This document shows positions 44,391-53,198 of a DNA stretch of 64,000 nt, piece by piece. Position 1 is the first letter of the stretch. Each line of letters begins with the position of its first letter. The notes under the pieces are model-generated. The model saw nothing but the letters and a program-made list of their open reading frames with translations. It made no database searches and was not told where the DNA came from. Source of the stretch: Candidatus Saccharimonadota bacterium. Lineage in GTDB: Bacteria > Patescibacteriota > Saccharimonadia > Saccharimonadales > Saccharimonadaceae. The stretch spans positions 1,140-65,139 of the forward strand of contig JALDYR010000004.1 of NCBI GenBank assembly GCA_032153715.1. Direction: 5' to 3'. Made by a program: the position numbers and the translations under genes.

Positions 44391-45098
44391 ATGGCAGTAA
44401 CTGTCGATATTAAAGCTTTGCTCGAAGCTGGTGTTCATTTTGGACACAAAACGAGCCGTTGGCACCCTAAAATGGCGCCATACATTCATAGCAAGCGCCA
44501 AGAGAGTCACATTATTGACCTCGTGAAGACCGTTGAAGGTCTTGAAGTAGCGCTTCCTTTCCTAACAAAGGTAGCCGCAAGTGGCAAGCAAGTCCTTTTT
44601 GTAGGCACAAAGAAGCAAGCTAAGGATGCTGTAAAGGCTGCTGCTGAAAAGTCAGGCCAGGCATTCGTAACTGAGCGTTGGATTGGCGGCATGCTAACAA
44701 ACGTGGCAACCGTTACTCAGCAGCTTAAGAAGCTTCGCGATCTTGAAAAGCGAATGGCTGCCGGAGACCTTGAAAAGCGCTACAACAAGCTTGAAGTGCA
44801 GCGTTTCCAGGAAGAAATCGACGAACTTAATCTAAAGTACGGCGGTATTAAGAACCTAAACGGCAAGCCAGGTGCAGTTGTTGTACTTGACGTCATTACT
44901 GACGCAAACGCAATCAAGGAAGCGAAAACACTTGGCGTACCTGTTGTTGGTGTCGTTGACACAAACGCAGACCCAACTCTAGTCGATTACGTTATCCCAG
45001 GTAACGATGATGCGATTAAGGGTGTTCAACTACTACTTGATTACTTTGTTGCTGCTGTTGCTGAAGGCGCAGGTGCTGCTAAAAAAGAAGAGAAATAG
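44391..45098 (+). CDS. rpsB: 30S ribosomal protein S2
   Basis: LLEAGVHFGH.TSRW.PKM..YI and ER.WIGGMLTN. Start at ATG 44391. Confidence 0.95.
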   Translation: MAVTVDIKALLEAGVHFGHKTSRWHPKMAPYIHSKRQESHIIDLVKTVEGLEVALPFLTKVAASGKQVLFVGTKKQAKDAVKAAAEKSGQAFVTERWIGGMLTNVATVTQQLKKLRDLEKRMAAGDLEKRYNKLEVQRFQEEIDELNLKYGGIKNLNGKPGAVVVLDVITDANAIKEAKTLGVPVVGVVDTNADPTLVDYVIPGNDDAIKGVQLLLDYFVAAVAEGAGAAKKEEK

Positions 45099-45112
45099 GG
45101 AGGCGAATTACA

Positions 45113-45709
45113 ATGAGCGTATCTATTGAAGATATTAAGAAACTCAAAGAATTAACTGGTGTTGGTCTTGGCGATGCCAAGGGGGCACTTGTAGAAGCTG
45201 ACGGTGATTTTGATAAAGCACTTGAAGCAATGCGCAAAAAGGGTCTGACGAAGGCTGAGAAAAAAGGTGATCGCGAAGCTCGTGAAGGTCTGATCGATAG
45301 CTATGTTCACAGTGGTCGTATCGGTGTTGTTGTCGAAGTAAACTGCGAAACCGACTTTGTCGCTCGCCTTGATTCCTTCAAGGAAGTAGCGCACGAAGTT
45401 GCACTGCAGATTGCAGCGATGAGCCCGGTCTACGTCACTGAAGCTGACATTCCTGCAGAGGAAGAGGCTCGTGTTCGTGCCGAAGCTGAAGAGCGTGTGG
45501 CTGCCGAAGGCAAGCCTGCTGAAATCGCGGCAAAGATCGTTGATGGTCAAGTAAAGAAGCACTTTGCAGAAAAGGTGCTCTACACTCAGACATTCATCAA
45601 GGACGAAAAGCTTACCGTTGGTGATTTCATTAAAGAAAACATCGCAAAGCACGGTGAAAACATCGTGGTTCGCCAGTTCAAGCGTATTGAGCTTGGCGTA
45701 AACGAATAG
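45113..45709 (+). CDS. tsf: Elongation factor Ts (short form, 198 aa)
   Basis: IK.L.E.TG.G..D.K.AL.E..GD..KA...(L/M)RKKG N-terminal UBA-like signature and VEVNCETDFVAR. Confidence 0.93.
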   Translation: MSVSIEDIKKLKELTGVGLGDAKGALVEADGDFDKALEAMRKKGLTKAEKKGDREAREGLIDSYVHSGRIGVVVEVNCETDFVARLDSFKEVAHEVALQIAAMSPVYVTEADIPAEEEARVRAEAEERVAAEGKPAEIAAKIVDGQVKKHFAEKVLYTQTFIKDEKLTVGDFIKENIAKHGENIVVRQFKRIELGVNE

Positions 45710-45731
45710 ATCAATTCCGTTGATTGCAAAA

Positions 45732-45761
45732 AACCGGTCGCGTCCTGCGGTCGGTTTTTTA
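45732..45761 (+). terminator. Intrinsic terminator after tsf
   Basis: AACCGGTCGC gtcct GCGGTCGGTT (10 bp, including two G-U pairs) followed by TTTT. Confidence 0.75.
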
Positions 45762-45790
45762 GTTGGCGCGCAACGTATATAGCCGTATTA

Positions 45791-45819
45791 TTGACATTAT
45801 ATAAAGCTTATGCTATTAT
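45791..45819 (+). promoter_or_regulatory. Near-consensus promoter (TTGACA-17-TATTAT with TGn) for the 45858-48333 gene set
   Basis: TTGACA at 45791-45796, 17-nt spacer ending in ATGC, TATTAT at 45814-45819. Confidence 0.7.
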
Positions 45820-45857
45820 GTGGATAGTAAACCTAGTGTAAACAAAAAAATATACAT

Positions 45858-46382
45858 ATGAACCCAAACAACTTCCCGTCACACAATCAAGATCCATTTG
45901 CTCCCGCGCAAGAAGCAGTACCTGTTGCTATTGAAGTCGGCGAGAAAAAACCAGGCCTCATGCAACGTATTCGTAACAAGCTTTCAGGTAGCGCTGTCGG
46001 CAATGCTGTCGCTTTACAGCCAGCGGTAGAGAATGACCCAAATGATCCATTTGCTCCCGCTCCTGGATTTGCAGAGAACGCTGCAAGCATTGATGCAACC
46101 TTGAATACTCAATTGCAGTCATTGGCTGAACAGCGGCAGGATGCGAGCATCGCCGAGCATCAGCAAGTTGCTAGCGGCGAAGTGAGCGGCTACCAGATGC
46201 AAAATCATCTAGAAAACTTAGTAAATGCTGCAGTGACAAAAGCTGATTATGACACTGCTCAATACGCAAATGCAGCCGCACAGGCACGTGCTCAAGAAGC
46301 TACACCGGTGCCAACTGACATCGATCCGTTTAGCGAAGCTGGGGTGCAGAAAAACGCCCAAGACCCATTTGCCCGTAGCTAG
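45858..46382 (+). CDS. Low-complexity protein with four DPF(A/S)-type motifs, probably disordered
   Basis: QDPFAPAQE, NDPFAPAPG, IDPFSEAG and QDPFARS, spread over an A/Q/N/E-rich 174-aa sequence. No TM segment. Confidence 0.55.
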   Translation: MNPNNFPSHNQDPFAPAQEAVPVAIEVGEKKPGLMQRIRNKLSGSAVGNAVALQPAVENDPNDPFAPAPGFAENAASIDATLNTQLQSLAEQRQDASIAEHQQVASGEVSGYQMQNHLENLVNAAVTKADYDTAQYANAAAQARAQEATPVPTDIDPFSEAGVQKNAQDPFARS

Positions 46383-46391
46383 TAGTTAGTT

Positions 46392-47147
46392 ATGAATAAA
46401 GAGCCATCTCGTCGCATTATTGATCGCAATCAGGCGCATGCCGCTGCGATTGGCGGCGAGATGGCTCGTCGAGTTATTGCGGCTGAAGCGGCGCTTGGCG
46501 CTACTATTAAAGCCGATAATATCGACGGTCGCATTGATGCTGCTGAGCAGGCCGCTGCCGATGGCTATCTCAAGAATCCAGCCAGCAATAGGGACGGTCA
46601 AGAGATTGTTCGCCAATTTACAAAGGATATTGATGTCTACTTGGCGTCGCGGCTACATAGTGCTGAGGTAAAGGCCGGGACAGTAGCTGTTAACGAGGAA
46701 GCTGGTATCACCCCGGGCGTGGCTCGATCGGTTGAGCAGGCAATGGGAGTTGCTAGTGGCATGATGGTAAGTGATATTTATCGTATAAGCCATGACGCTC
46801 ACACGAATACCGCACTGGCTAGCCGAGATCTGAAAGGTCCGTCACGGATTGAATTGTCGCCTGGTACAACTGACGCACGCACGCTTGCTGTCTTTGGCAG
46901 CGACCCGGAAGGCGTCAAGGCTAAGGCCTTGATATTCGAAATGCTTGGCGTCACGCAGGATGACATTAAAGATTCATTTCCCATTGATTTTGGAATATCA
47001 AGAGACGGTCAGTTTAGTGTCGAGCATTACCGGGTGTCAACGGAGATTGAGGGAATTGAACTCGAAACTCACGAATGGGCCGGGCAGCCGGGCGTGCGTG
47101 ATGAGGTATTCACCGAGCTGGTCTTGAAAAAAGCAGAGACCTTGTAG
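46392..47147 (+). CDS. Hypothetical protein (251 aa)
   Basis: Starts 9 nt after the previous stop. Composition looks soluble. No motif recognised. Confidence 0.6.
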   Translation: MNKEPSRRIIDRNQAHAAAIGGEMARRVIAAEAALGATIKADNIDGRIDAAEQAAADGYLKNPASNRDGQEIVRQFTKDIDVYLASRLHSAEVKAGTVAVNEEAGITPGVARSVEQAMGVASGMMVSDIYRISHDAHTNTALASRDLKGPSRIELSPGTTDARTLAVFGSDPEGVKAKALIFEMLGVTQDDIKDSFPIDFGISRDGQFSVEHYRVSTEIEGIELETHEWAGQPGVRDEVFTELVLKKAETL

Positions 47148-47246
47148 AGTCCTCTGTGATGAAAATAAACCGCTACGTTTGTAGGGGTTATTTTACGTGC
47201 GATCGCTTCGTAATTGCTTATGCTCGTGATAAAGTGGTAGAAAGAT

Positions 47247-47777
47247 ATGAAAACGTGGGCAAAACAAACAGGATTTACGATTGTGGAACTCTTGATCGTC
47301 ATTGTGGTGATCGGCATTTTAGCGGCCATCACGATCGTGGCGTTTAATGGGGTTCAGACGAGAGCGCAGCTGTCAAAAATTAGCTCTGACACGCAGTTAT
47401 TGACTCGCGCTATTATGGCGGCTCGAACGACCGAGGGTAAGACGTTTTATGGGGTAACCGGTAATACGCACACTGGTGGCAACTGTATTTATAAAGCTTC
47501 CGACACGGACTTTGCCGCTCTCGACAAGACAACTGATCCATGTTGGGTAACGTATAAAAACACACTGACAATTCTTTACAATAAGGGCGGCGTTGACGTA
47601 CGTAATATTGTTGATCCGTGGGGGCGACCGTACTACATTGACGAAAATGAAGGTGAAAGCGTAGGGTCACCATGCAATAAGGATAAGATTGCCGTTTTTG
47701 CACGGCCTCATGTCTATAACCTACAGGCAGCCCTGACAAGCCCATTCTATGTCAGTAATAGCCTAAACGGCTGCTAA
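47247..47777 (+). CDS. Type IV pilin-like protein
   Basis: MKTWAKQTG|[26 protein letters not shown]. Confidence 0.85.
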   Translation: MKTWAKQTGFTIVELLIVIVVIGILAAITIVAFNGVQTRAQLSKISSDTQLLTRAIMAARTTEGKTFYGVTGNTHTGGNCIYKASDTDFAALDKTTDPCWVTYKNTLTILYNKGGVDVRNIVDPWGRPYYIDENEGESVGSPCNKDKIAVFARPHVYNLQAALTSPFYVSNSLNGC

Positions 47778-47790
47778 GCACGAAGATAAT

Positions 47791-48333
47791 ATGAAAAAGT
47801 GGGCAAAACAAACAGGATTTACAATTGTTGAACTCTTGATTGTGATTGTTGTTATTGGTATCTTGGCGGCGATTGTCATTGTTGCTTATAACGGCGTGCA
47901 GACCCGCGCGACGAATGGTTCGAAAATCAGCGAACTCAAAGCGTGGCAAAAGATTTTTGAAACCTACCGTGCGCAAGTGGGCAATTATCCGGCGATGGCG
48001 GACGGCGGCTACTGCCTAGGCGATAACTTCCCAAGTGGCAGTGGCGGGGGAGGTGTTCCACGATGTCGCGACTGGAACTATAGCGGCTCGAGCGGGTACC
48101 TGCAGAGCACGAACACTAGCTTGCTGACCGAGTTGGCTCAGGTGGCGACGTTGCCAACCTCGACCAAGCAGCCGGTTAACGGAACAGTGGGCCCGTACGC
48201 GGACTATACGGCGACGGCAATTGTTCTAACGACCGTAATTAAAGGTAGTGCAACGGAATGTCCGTCTGGCACGCTTTACGCGTGGGACGACGCTGCTGGG
48301 CGGCTGCTCTGCAAGGTTGTTTTGACTCGATAG
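47791..48333 (+). CDS. Type IV pilin-like protein
   Basis: MKKWAKQTG|[26 protein letters not shown]. Lies 13 nt after the previous pilin gene. Confidence 0.85.
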   Translation: MKKWAKQTGFTIVELLIVIVVIGILAAIVIVAYNGVQTRATNGSKISELKAWQKIFETYRAQVGNYPAMADGGYCLGDNFPSGSGGGGVPRCRDWNYSGSSGYLQSTNTSLLTELAQVATLPTSTKQPVNGTVGPYADYTATAIVLTTVIKGSATECPSGTLYAWDDAAGRLLCKVVLTR

Positions 48334-48371
48334 CATGAAGCGGGTCAAAGGTTTGCTATAATAGGGGTAAT

Positions 48372-48926
48372 ATGTTTGATACTGATACTTATGAACTGAA
48401 AATGACTGGTGCGCTTGAGCACTTCGAAGACGAACTAAAGAAGGTCCGTACTGGCCGCGCGCACCCAAGCATGCTTGATGGCATTAAAGTTGAAATGTAC
48501 GGCACGATGATGCCACTTAACCAAGCGGCAAATATTACTGCACCAGAGCCACAAATGTTGCAGATCACGCCATTTGATCCAAGTAGTATCCAGCCAATTG
48601 CTGCTGCGATCCGCAACGATCAATCACTTGGTTTTAATCCGTCTGATGATGGTCGTATTGTGCGTGTGCCGGTGCCACCGCTAACGGAAGAGCGTCGTAA
48701 GTTACTTGTGAAGCAAACGGGCGAAAAGGTAGAGGAAGCTCGCATTGCACTACGCAACATTCGCCAGGATGCATTCAAAGATGCTAAGCGCAAAAAAGAC
48801 ACCAAAGAACTGAGCGAAGATGACGTTAAGGCAGTCGAGAAAGAAATCGACAAATTGATGGCGCAGTATCAGGAAAAGATCGAAGCGGCCTTTAAGGCGA
48901 AAGAGCAGGATATCCTAACAATCTAA
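48372..48926 (+). CDS. frr: Ribosome recycling factor
   Basis: M......F...L...RTGRA.PS.LD.I.V..YG...PL.Q.A.I..P.......I.PFD and LTEERRK.L. Confidence 0.95.
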   Translation: MFDTDTYELKMTGALEHFEDELKKVRTGRAHPSMLDGIKVEMYGTMMPLNQAANITAPEPQMLQITPFDPSSIQPIAAAIRNDQSLGFNPSDDGRIVRVPVPPLTEERRKLLVKQTGEKVEEARIALRNIRQDAFKDAKRKKDTKELSEDDVKAVEKEIDKLMAQYQEKIEAAFKAKEQDILTI

Positions 48927-49315
48927 TGAGGATTGTTGAGCGTGTGGTGGCGACGGGGCTGCCACTTGATCAAGTCATTGTTATCGGTTCAGGAATTCTT
49001 GATGCATTACATCTGCGCGAGGCGCGTGATATTGACTTGGTTGTGACACCAGGGCTGTTCCAATTGTTAAAGCAGTCAGGTGATTATTCGCACGAGGTAC
49101 GGCATGACGAGGACGTACTGGAGCGAAACGATCAGGAGATATGGACCAGTTGGGATGGGTGCGACTTTGAGGCTCTATTAAGCGACGGCACGGTGATTGA
49201 TGGGGTGCAGTTTGCGCATCCGCAGTTTGTCTTGGACTGGAAGCAGCGAAATGGTCGCGATAAAGACGCACGCGACATTCAACTACTTGAAAAATACTTA
49301 CGTTCTGGTAGCTAA
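48926..49315 (+). CDS. Minimal nucleotidyltransferase-fold protein (GSG-x11-DID)
   Basis: VIVIGSGILDALHLREARDIDLVV fits the pol-beta NTase hG[GS]x9-13Dh[DE]h signature. The start overlaps the frr stop (TAATG). Confidence 0.55.
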   Translation: MRIVERVVATGLPLDQVIVIGSGILDALHLREARDIDLVVTPGLFQLLKQSGDYSHEVRHDEDVLERNDQEIWTSWDGCDFEALLSDGTVIDGVQFAHPQFVLDWKQRNGRDKDARDIQLLEKYLRSGS

Positions 49316-49375
49316 AATATAACCGCCAATGTATACTGGTAACAGTTATATATAGACCGATATTCTGGAGGATAC

Positions 49376-50524
49376 ATGGAGTTACTTTTTGGCATAATCG
49401 TTGGGCTAGCGATCCTGGTATTTTTAGTCGTTATTCATGAGCTTGGCCATGCGATCGTTGCACGGCGCAATGGAGTTGTCGTGGAAGAATTCGGCATCGG
49501 TTTTCCGCCAAAGGCATGGGGCAAAAAGCTTAAAAATGGTGTGCTATTAACGATTAATTATCTGCCACTTGGTGGGTTTGTAAAATTGCAGGGTGAGCAC
49601 GACGCGGCAACCGGCAAGGGCGATTACGGGGCGGCAACGTTCTGGCAGAAGACTAAGATTCTGCTTGCTGGCGTCGCGATTAACTGGATAGCAGCAGTTG
49701 TCTTGCTATCTATTCTCGCGGTGACAGGTTTGCCAAAGGTTATTCCGAATCAATTTAGCGTTGCTGGCGATACTGCCGTAGTGCAGCAGCCAGTGAAATT
49801 GGCACATATTGAAGACGGATCGGCTGCAAATAAGGCAGGCTTGAAACGCGGCGACACGGTTGTTCGTTTCGCGGGTCAGTCAATTACGACACCAGCGGCA
49901 TTGACCGAGGCCGCCAAAGAGAATAAGGGCAAAACTGTCGAGGTGATTTATACACGAGACGGTAGCGAGCAACGCACTTCGGTGGCGCTTCGTGCTGATA
50001 ATCGTGATCAAAAAGGCTATCTCGGCGTGACGCCGTCGCAGCTAGAAATGATTCGAGCAACCTGGTCGGCCCCTGTTGTTGGACTTGTTACGAGTGCTCA
50101 GCTGACCCTCGAAACGTTCAAGGGGCTGGGGACGCTAGTTGGCAATCTGTTTAACGGACTTGCGTCACAGCTGAGCGGTGATCAGGCGGTTCGCGAACAG
50201 GGAAGTAAAGAGATCGGCGCGGCCGGTGACAGTGTGGCTGGCCCGATTGGTATTTTGGGTGTGATTTTCCCGGCAGCACAGCAAGCCGGACTGACGCAGC
50301 TTGTTCTGTTGACTGCGATTATCTCGCTGACACTTGCAGTTATGAATGTCTTGCCGATTCCAGCACTTGACGGTGGCCGATGGTTTACAATGGCGGCATT
50401 CCGCCTGCTTAAGAAAGAGTTAACCCAGGAGCGGGAAGAGAAAATTCAGACCGTTGGATTTCTAGCATTAATGGCGCTTGTCGTCGTGGTAACTTTCGCA
50501 GATGTCAGCAAACTCTTCCGATAA
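49376..50524 (+). CDS. rseP: RIP site-2 metalloprotease RseP/RasP (M50) with a PDZ domain
   Basis: HELGHAIVA in TM1, a central PDZ domain (GSAANKAGLKRGD), and a C-terminal LPIPALDGG motif. Confidence 0.9.
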   Translation: MELLFGIIVGLAILVFLVVIHELGHAIVARRNGVVVEEFGIGFPPKAWGKKLKNGVLLTINYLPLGGFVKLQGEHDAATGKGDYGAATFWQKTKILLAGVAINWIAAVVLLSILAVTGLPKVIPNQFSVAGDTAVVQQPVKLAHIEDGSAANKAGLKRGDTVVRFAGQSITTPAALTEAAKENKGKTVEVIYTRDGSEQRTSVALRADNRDQKGYLGVTPSQLEMIRATWSAPVVGLVTSAQLTLETFKGLGTLVGNLFNGLASQLSGDQAVREQGSKEIGAAGDSVAGPIGILGVIFPAAQQAGLTQLVLLTAIISLTLAVMNVLPIPALDGGRWFTMAAFRLLKKELTQEREEKIQTVGFLALMALVVVVTFADVSKLFR

Positions 50525-51344
50525 CGATACCCCGCAGCCGGATTTTGTCGCGTCTGTAAAAAAAGCACACGGAACACGCAAGAAGAAAGTCGATAGCCTG
50601 AAGCCGAAACGACAATATCGCTGGAGTATGCTGCTTGTTGTTCCAGCGTGGGTGCTGATTGCATTTATCGCGGCGCAGGCAATCCTGGCTGCGGTCTTGT
50701 GGGTACTAAAGGCGTTTGGTATTTCACTACTGACGTTAGCGAGCCAAACGGTCATTGAAACGACGCTTGCAGCACTGGTCTACCTTTTAGCATTTGCCAT
50801 TACATTCGGCGTACCGTACCTGGTCAGGAAGCGAAAAGTGAGCCTTGCGGCTCTTGGGATTGATCGACTGCCAAGCTGGACGGATATTGGTTTGGCGCCA
50901 CTTGGATTCATCGCGTATGCGCTACTGACGGCAGCTTTGCTGTATATTGCAACGACGTACATCCCAGGCTTTCCGGTAGATCAAGTGCAGGAGGTGGGAT
51001 TTAAGTCGCTGACAAACCGGACGGAAATGTTGCTGGCATTTGCAACTCTTGTGGTTGTAGCGCCAATTGCCGAAGAAGTGCTGTTTCGAGGGTACCTGTA
51101 TGGTAAACTGCGTAAATACACCCCGCTCATTCCATCGATCCTGGTAACGAGTTTGTTATTTGGCGCGGTGCATATGCAGTGGAATGTTGGGCTCGATACT
51201 TTCGCGCTCAGTATTGTCCTGTGTTGTTTGCGTGAGGTGAGTGGAAGTATTTGGGCTGGCGTGTTGCTGCATATGGCCAAGAACGCCGTTGCCTTTTATT
51301 TGTTATTTATCAGCCCTGTTATGATGCCGGGACTTGGAAGTTAG
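50502..51344 (+). CDS. CPBP (CAAX/Abi) family intramembrane glutamic endopeptidase
   Basis: APIAEEVLFRGYLY, FGAVH and LLHMAKN motifs across at least six TM segments. Overlaps rseP by 23 nt. Confidence 0.8.
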   Translation: MSANSSDNDTPQPDFVASVKKAHGTRKKKVDSLKPKRQYRWSMLLVVPAWVLIAFIAAQAILAAVLWVLKAFGISLLTLASQTVIETTLAALVYLLAFAITFGVPYLVRKRKVSLAALGIDRLPSWTDIGLAPLGFIAYALLTAALLYIATTYIPGFPVDQVQEVGFKSLTNRTEMLLAFATLVVVAPIAEEVLFRGYLYGKLRKYTPLIPSILVTSLLFGAVHMQWNVGLDTFALSIVLCCLREVSGSIWAGVLLHMAKNAVAFYLLFISPVMMPGLGS

Positions 51345-51351
51345 GAGAATT

Positions 51352-52599
51352 ATGCGAGTATCACAGTTATTTACAAAAACCAGCAAGACAGCGCCAGCCG
51401 ACGAAGTCGCAAAGAACGCACAGTTGTTGATTCGAGCTGGCTTTATTCACAAGGAAATGGCAGGTGTCTATGCATATCTGCCACTTGGTTTGCGTGTCCT
51501 TGAAAACATCAAAAAGATTGTGCGCGAAGAAATGAACGCAATCGGCGGCCAAGAAGTGGCGATGACGACACTGCAACCGCGTGATATCTGGGAAAAGACG
51601 GATCGCTGGGATGATAAGAAAGTTGATAACTGGTTCAAGACGCGCCTTGCAAATGGTACGGAGCTAGGGGTCGGCCTGACGCACGAAGAGCCGATTGTTG
51701 ATGCGGTCAGCGGTTATCTGAATTCATACAAGGATATGCCTTTTTACGTGTATCAAATTCAGAATAAGTTTCGTAATGAGCTGCGCGCAAAGAGCGGTCT
51801 GTTGCGTGGCCGTGAATTTTTAATGAAAGACATGTACTCGTTCAGTCCTAATCAGGAAGTACATGAAGCAGCGTACGAAAAGGTTGTCGAGGCCTATCAC
51901 CGAGTTTATGCGCGACTTGGCCTGGGCGAGATTACGTATCGCACCTACGCCGACGGCGGTATCTTTACCCCTCGATTTAGTGATGAATTTCAAACGCTGA
52001 GCGAGGTGGGTGAGGATACGATCTATGTTGATGAATCAAGAAAGATTGCCATCAACGAAGAAATTTTGACTGATGAAAATCTTGCAAAGCTAGGCTTGAA
52101 TAAAGATGATCTTGTCCAAAAGAAGGGTGTTGAGGTGGGTAATACATTCCATCTTGAAAGTAAGTATACGGACGCGCTTGACGTATATTACACGGACGAA
52201 AACGGACAGCAGCAGTCAATTATCATGGGCTGCTACGGGATTGGCGTGAGCCGCTTAATGGGTGTCGTAGCGGAGCACTTTTCAGATGAGAACGGATTGG
52301 TGTGGCCTGAGAGTATTGCGCCGGCAAAAGTTTACTTGGTGCGAATTGGCAGTGAGGACGCTACGAGGCATGCTGACGAGCTGTATGAAGAGCTGACCGC
52401 GAAGGGGATCGAGGTGATATACGATGACCGCAACGAACGTCCGGGTGCGAAGTTTGCCGATGCCGAGCTGATGGGCATTCCGTATCGTGTCACGGTCAGT
52501 GATCGCCTGATTGAGGCGGGTGAATACGAGTACACCGTTCGCACCACTGGTGAGACGCAGAATTTGACACGCGACGACCTACTTGCTAAACTAAACTAA
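51352..52599 (+). CDS. proS: Prolyl-tRNA synthetase, short bacterial-type form (415 aa) without a full INS editing domain
   Basis: MR.SQLF..T.K..P.......S..LL.RAG.I N-terminus, motif 2 FRNE.R..SGLLRGREF.MKD.YSF, motif 3 GCYGIGVSR, and an anticodon-binding C-terminus. SD sequence AGGAGA. Confidence 0.9.
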   Translation: MRVSQLFTKTSKTAPADEVAKNAQLLIRAGFIHKEMAGVYAYLPLGLRVLENIKKIVREEMNAIGGQEVAMTTLQPRDIWEKTDRWDDKKVDNWFKTRLANGTELGVGLTHEEPIVDAVSGYLNSYKDMPFYVYQIQNKFRNELRAKSGLLRGREFLMKDMYSFSPNQEVHEAAYEKVVEAYHRVYARLGLGEITYRTYADGGIFTPRFSDEFQTLSEVGEDTIYVDESRKIAINEEILTDENLAKLGLNKDDLVQKKGVEVGNTFHLESKYTDALDVYYTDENGQQQSIIMGCYGIGVSRLMGVVAEHFSDENGLVWPESIAPAKVYLVRIGSEDATRHADELYEELTAKGIEVIYDDRNERPGAKFADAELMGIPYRVTVSDRLIEAGEYEYTVRTTGETQNLTRDDLLAKLN

Positions 52600-52647
52600 C
52601 TGTAAACGTGACTACATAGGGGTTTACACGGGATAATTAGTGAAGGC

Positions 52648-52672
52648 AAGTGCTTGAAATAGCACTTTTTAT
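52648..52672 (+). terminator. Terminator after proS
   Basis: AAGTGCT tgaaat AGCACTT followed by TTTAT. Confidence 0.65.
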
Positions 52673-52696
52673 AATGAATACAAAGGAATAACAACG

Positions 52697-53152
52697 ATGA
52701 AGAAACTTTTTCAGATTACCGATGAAGGCAAGAAGGAGCTAGAGGCTGAGCTAGCTGAACTGAAAAGTCGTCGCGGCGCAATCGCTGACAAGATTGCAGA
52801 AGCTCGTGACTACGGCGATCTTTCTGAGAACGCTGAATACGACGCGGCTCGCGAAGAGCAGGGTCTTGTCGAAAGTCGTATTGCCGAGATCGAAGATGTT
52901 CTTTTGAACGCTGACATTATCAAAGCGACGAAGAGCTCTAGCGTTCACCTTGGTAGCAAAGTAGAGCTAAAGACAGGCAGCAAGACGGTGAACTACCATG
53001 TTGTCGGTCCAGTGGAGGCTGATCCGCTTGAAGGCAAGATCAGTAACGAATCTCCAATCGGCCTTGCACTGATGGGCAAGAAAGTTGGCGACACTGCGGT
53101 GATCACAACGCCAAAGGGTGAGATCAAGTACGAGATCGTCAAGCTCGGCTAG
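52697..53152 (+). CDS. greA: Transcription elongation factor GreA
   Basis: T..G...L..EL..L.......I...I..AR..GDLSENAEY.AA.EEQ......I..(L/I)E. Confidence 0.93.
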   Translation: MKKLFQITDEGKKELEAELAELKSRRGAIADKIAEARDYGDLSENAEYDAAREEQGLVESRIAEIEDVLLNADIIKATKSSSVHLGSKVELKTGSKTVNYHVVGPVEADPLEGKISNESPIGLALMGKKVGDTAVITTPKGEIKYEIVKLG

Positions 53153-53167
53153 AGCTGCCAAATAAAA

Positions 53168-53198
53168 AACATCCGGTGACAATCACCGGATGTTTTTT
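53168..53198. terminator. Bidirectional terminator
   Basis: AACATCCGGTGA caa TCACCGGATGTT flanked by AAAAAA and TTTTT. Confidence 0.85.

Noticed and set aside
45152-45652. 166-aa antisense ORF inside tsf
   Set aside because: It is embedded opposite EF-Ts and has no independent signals.
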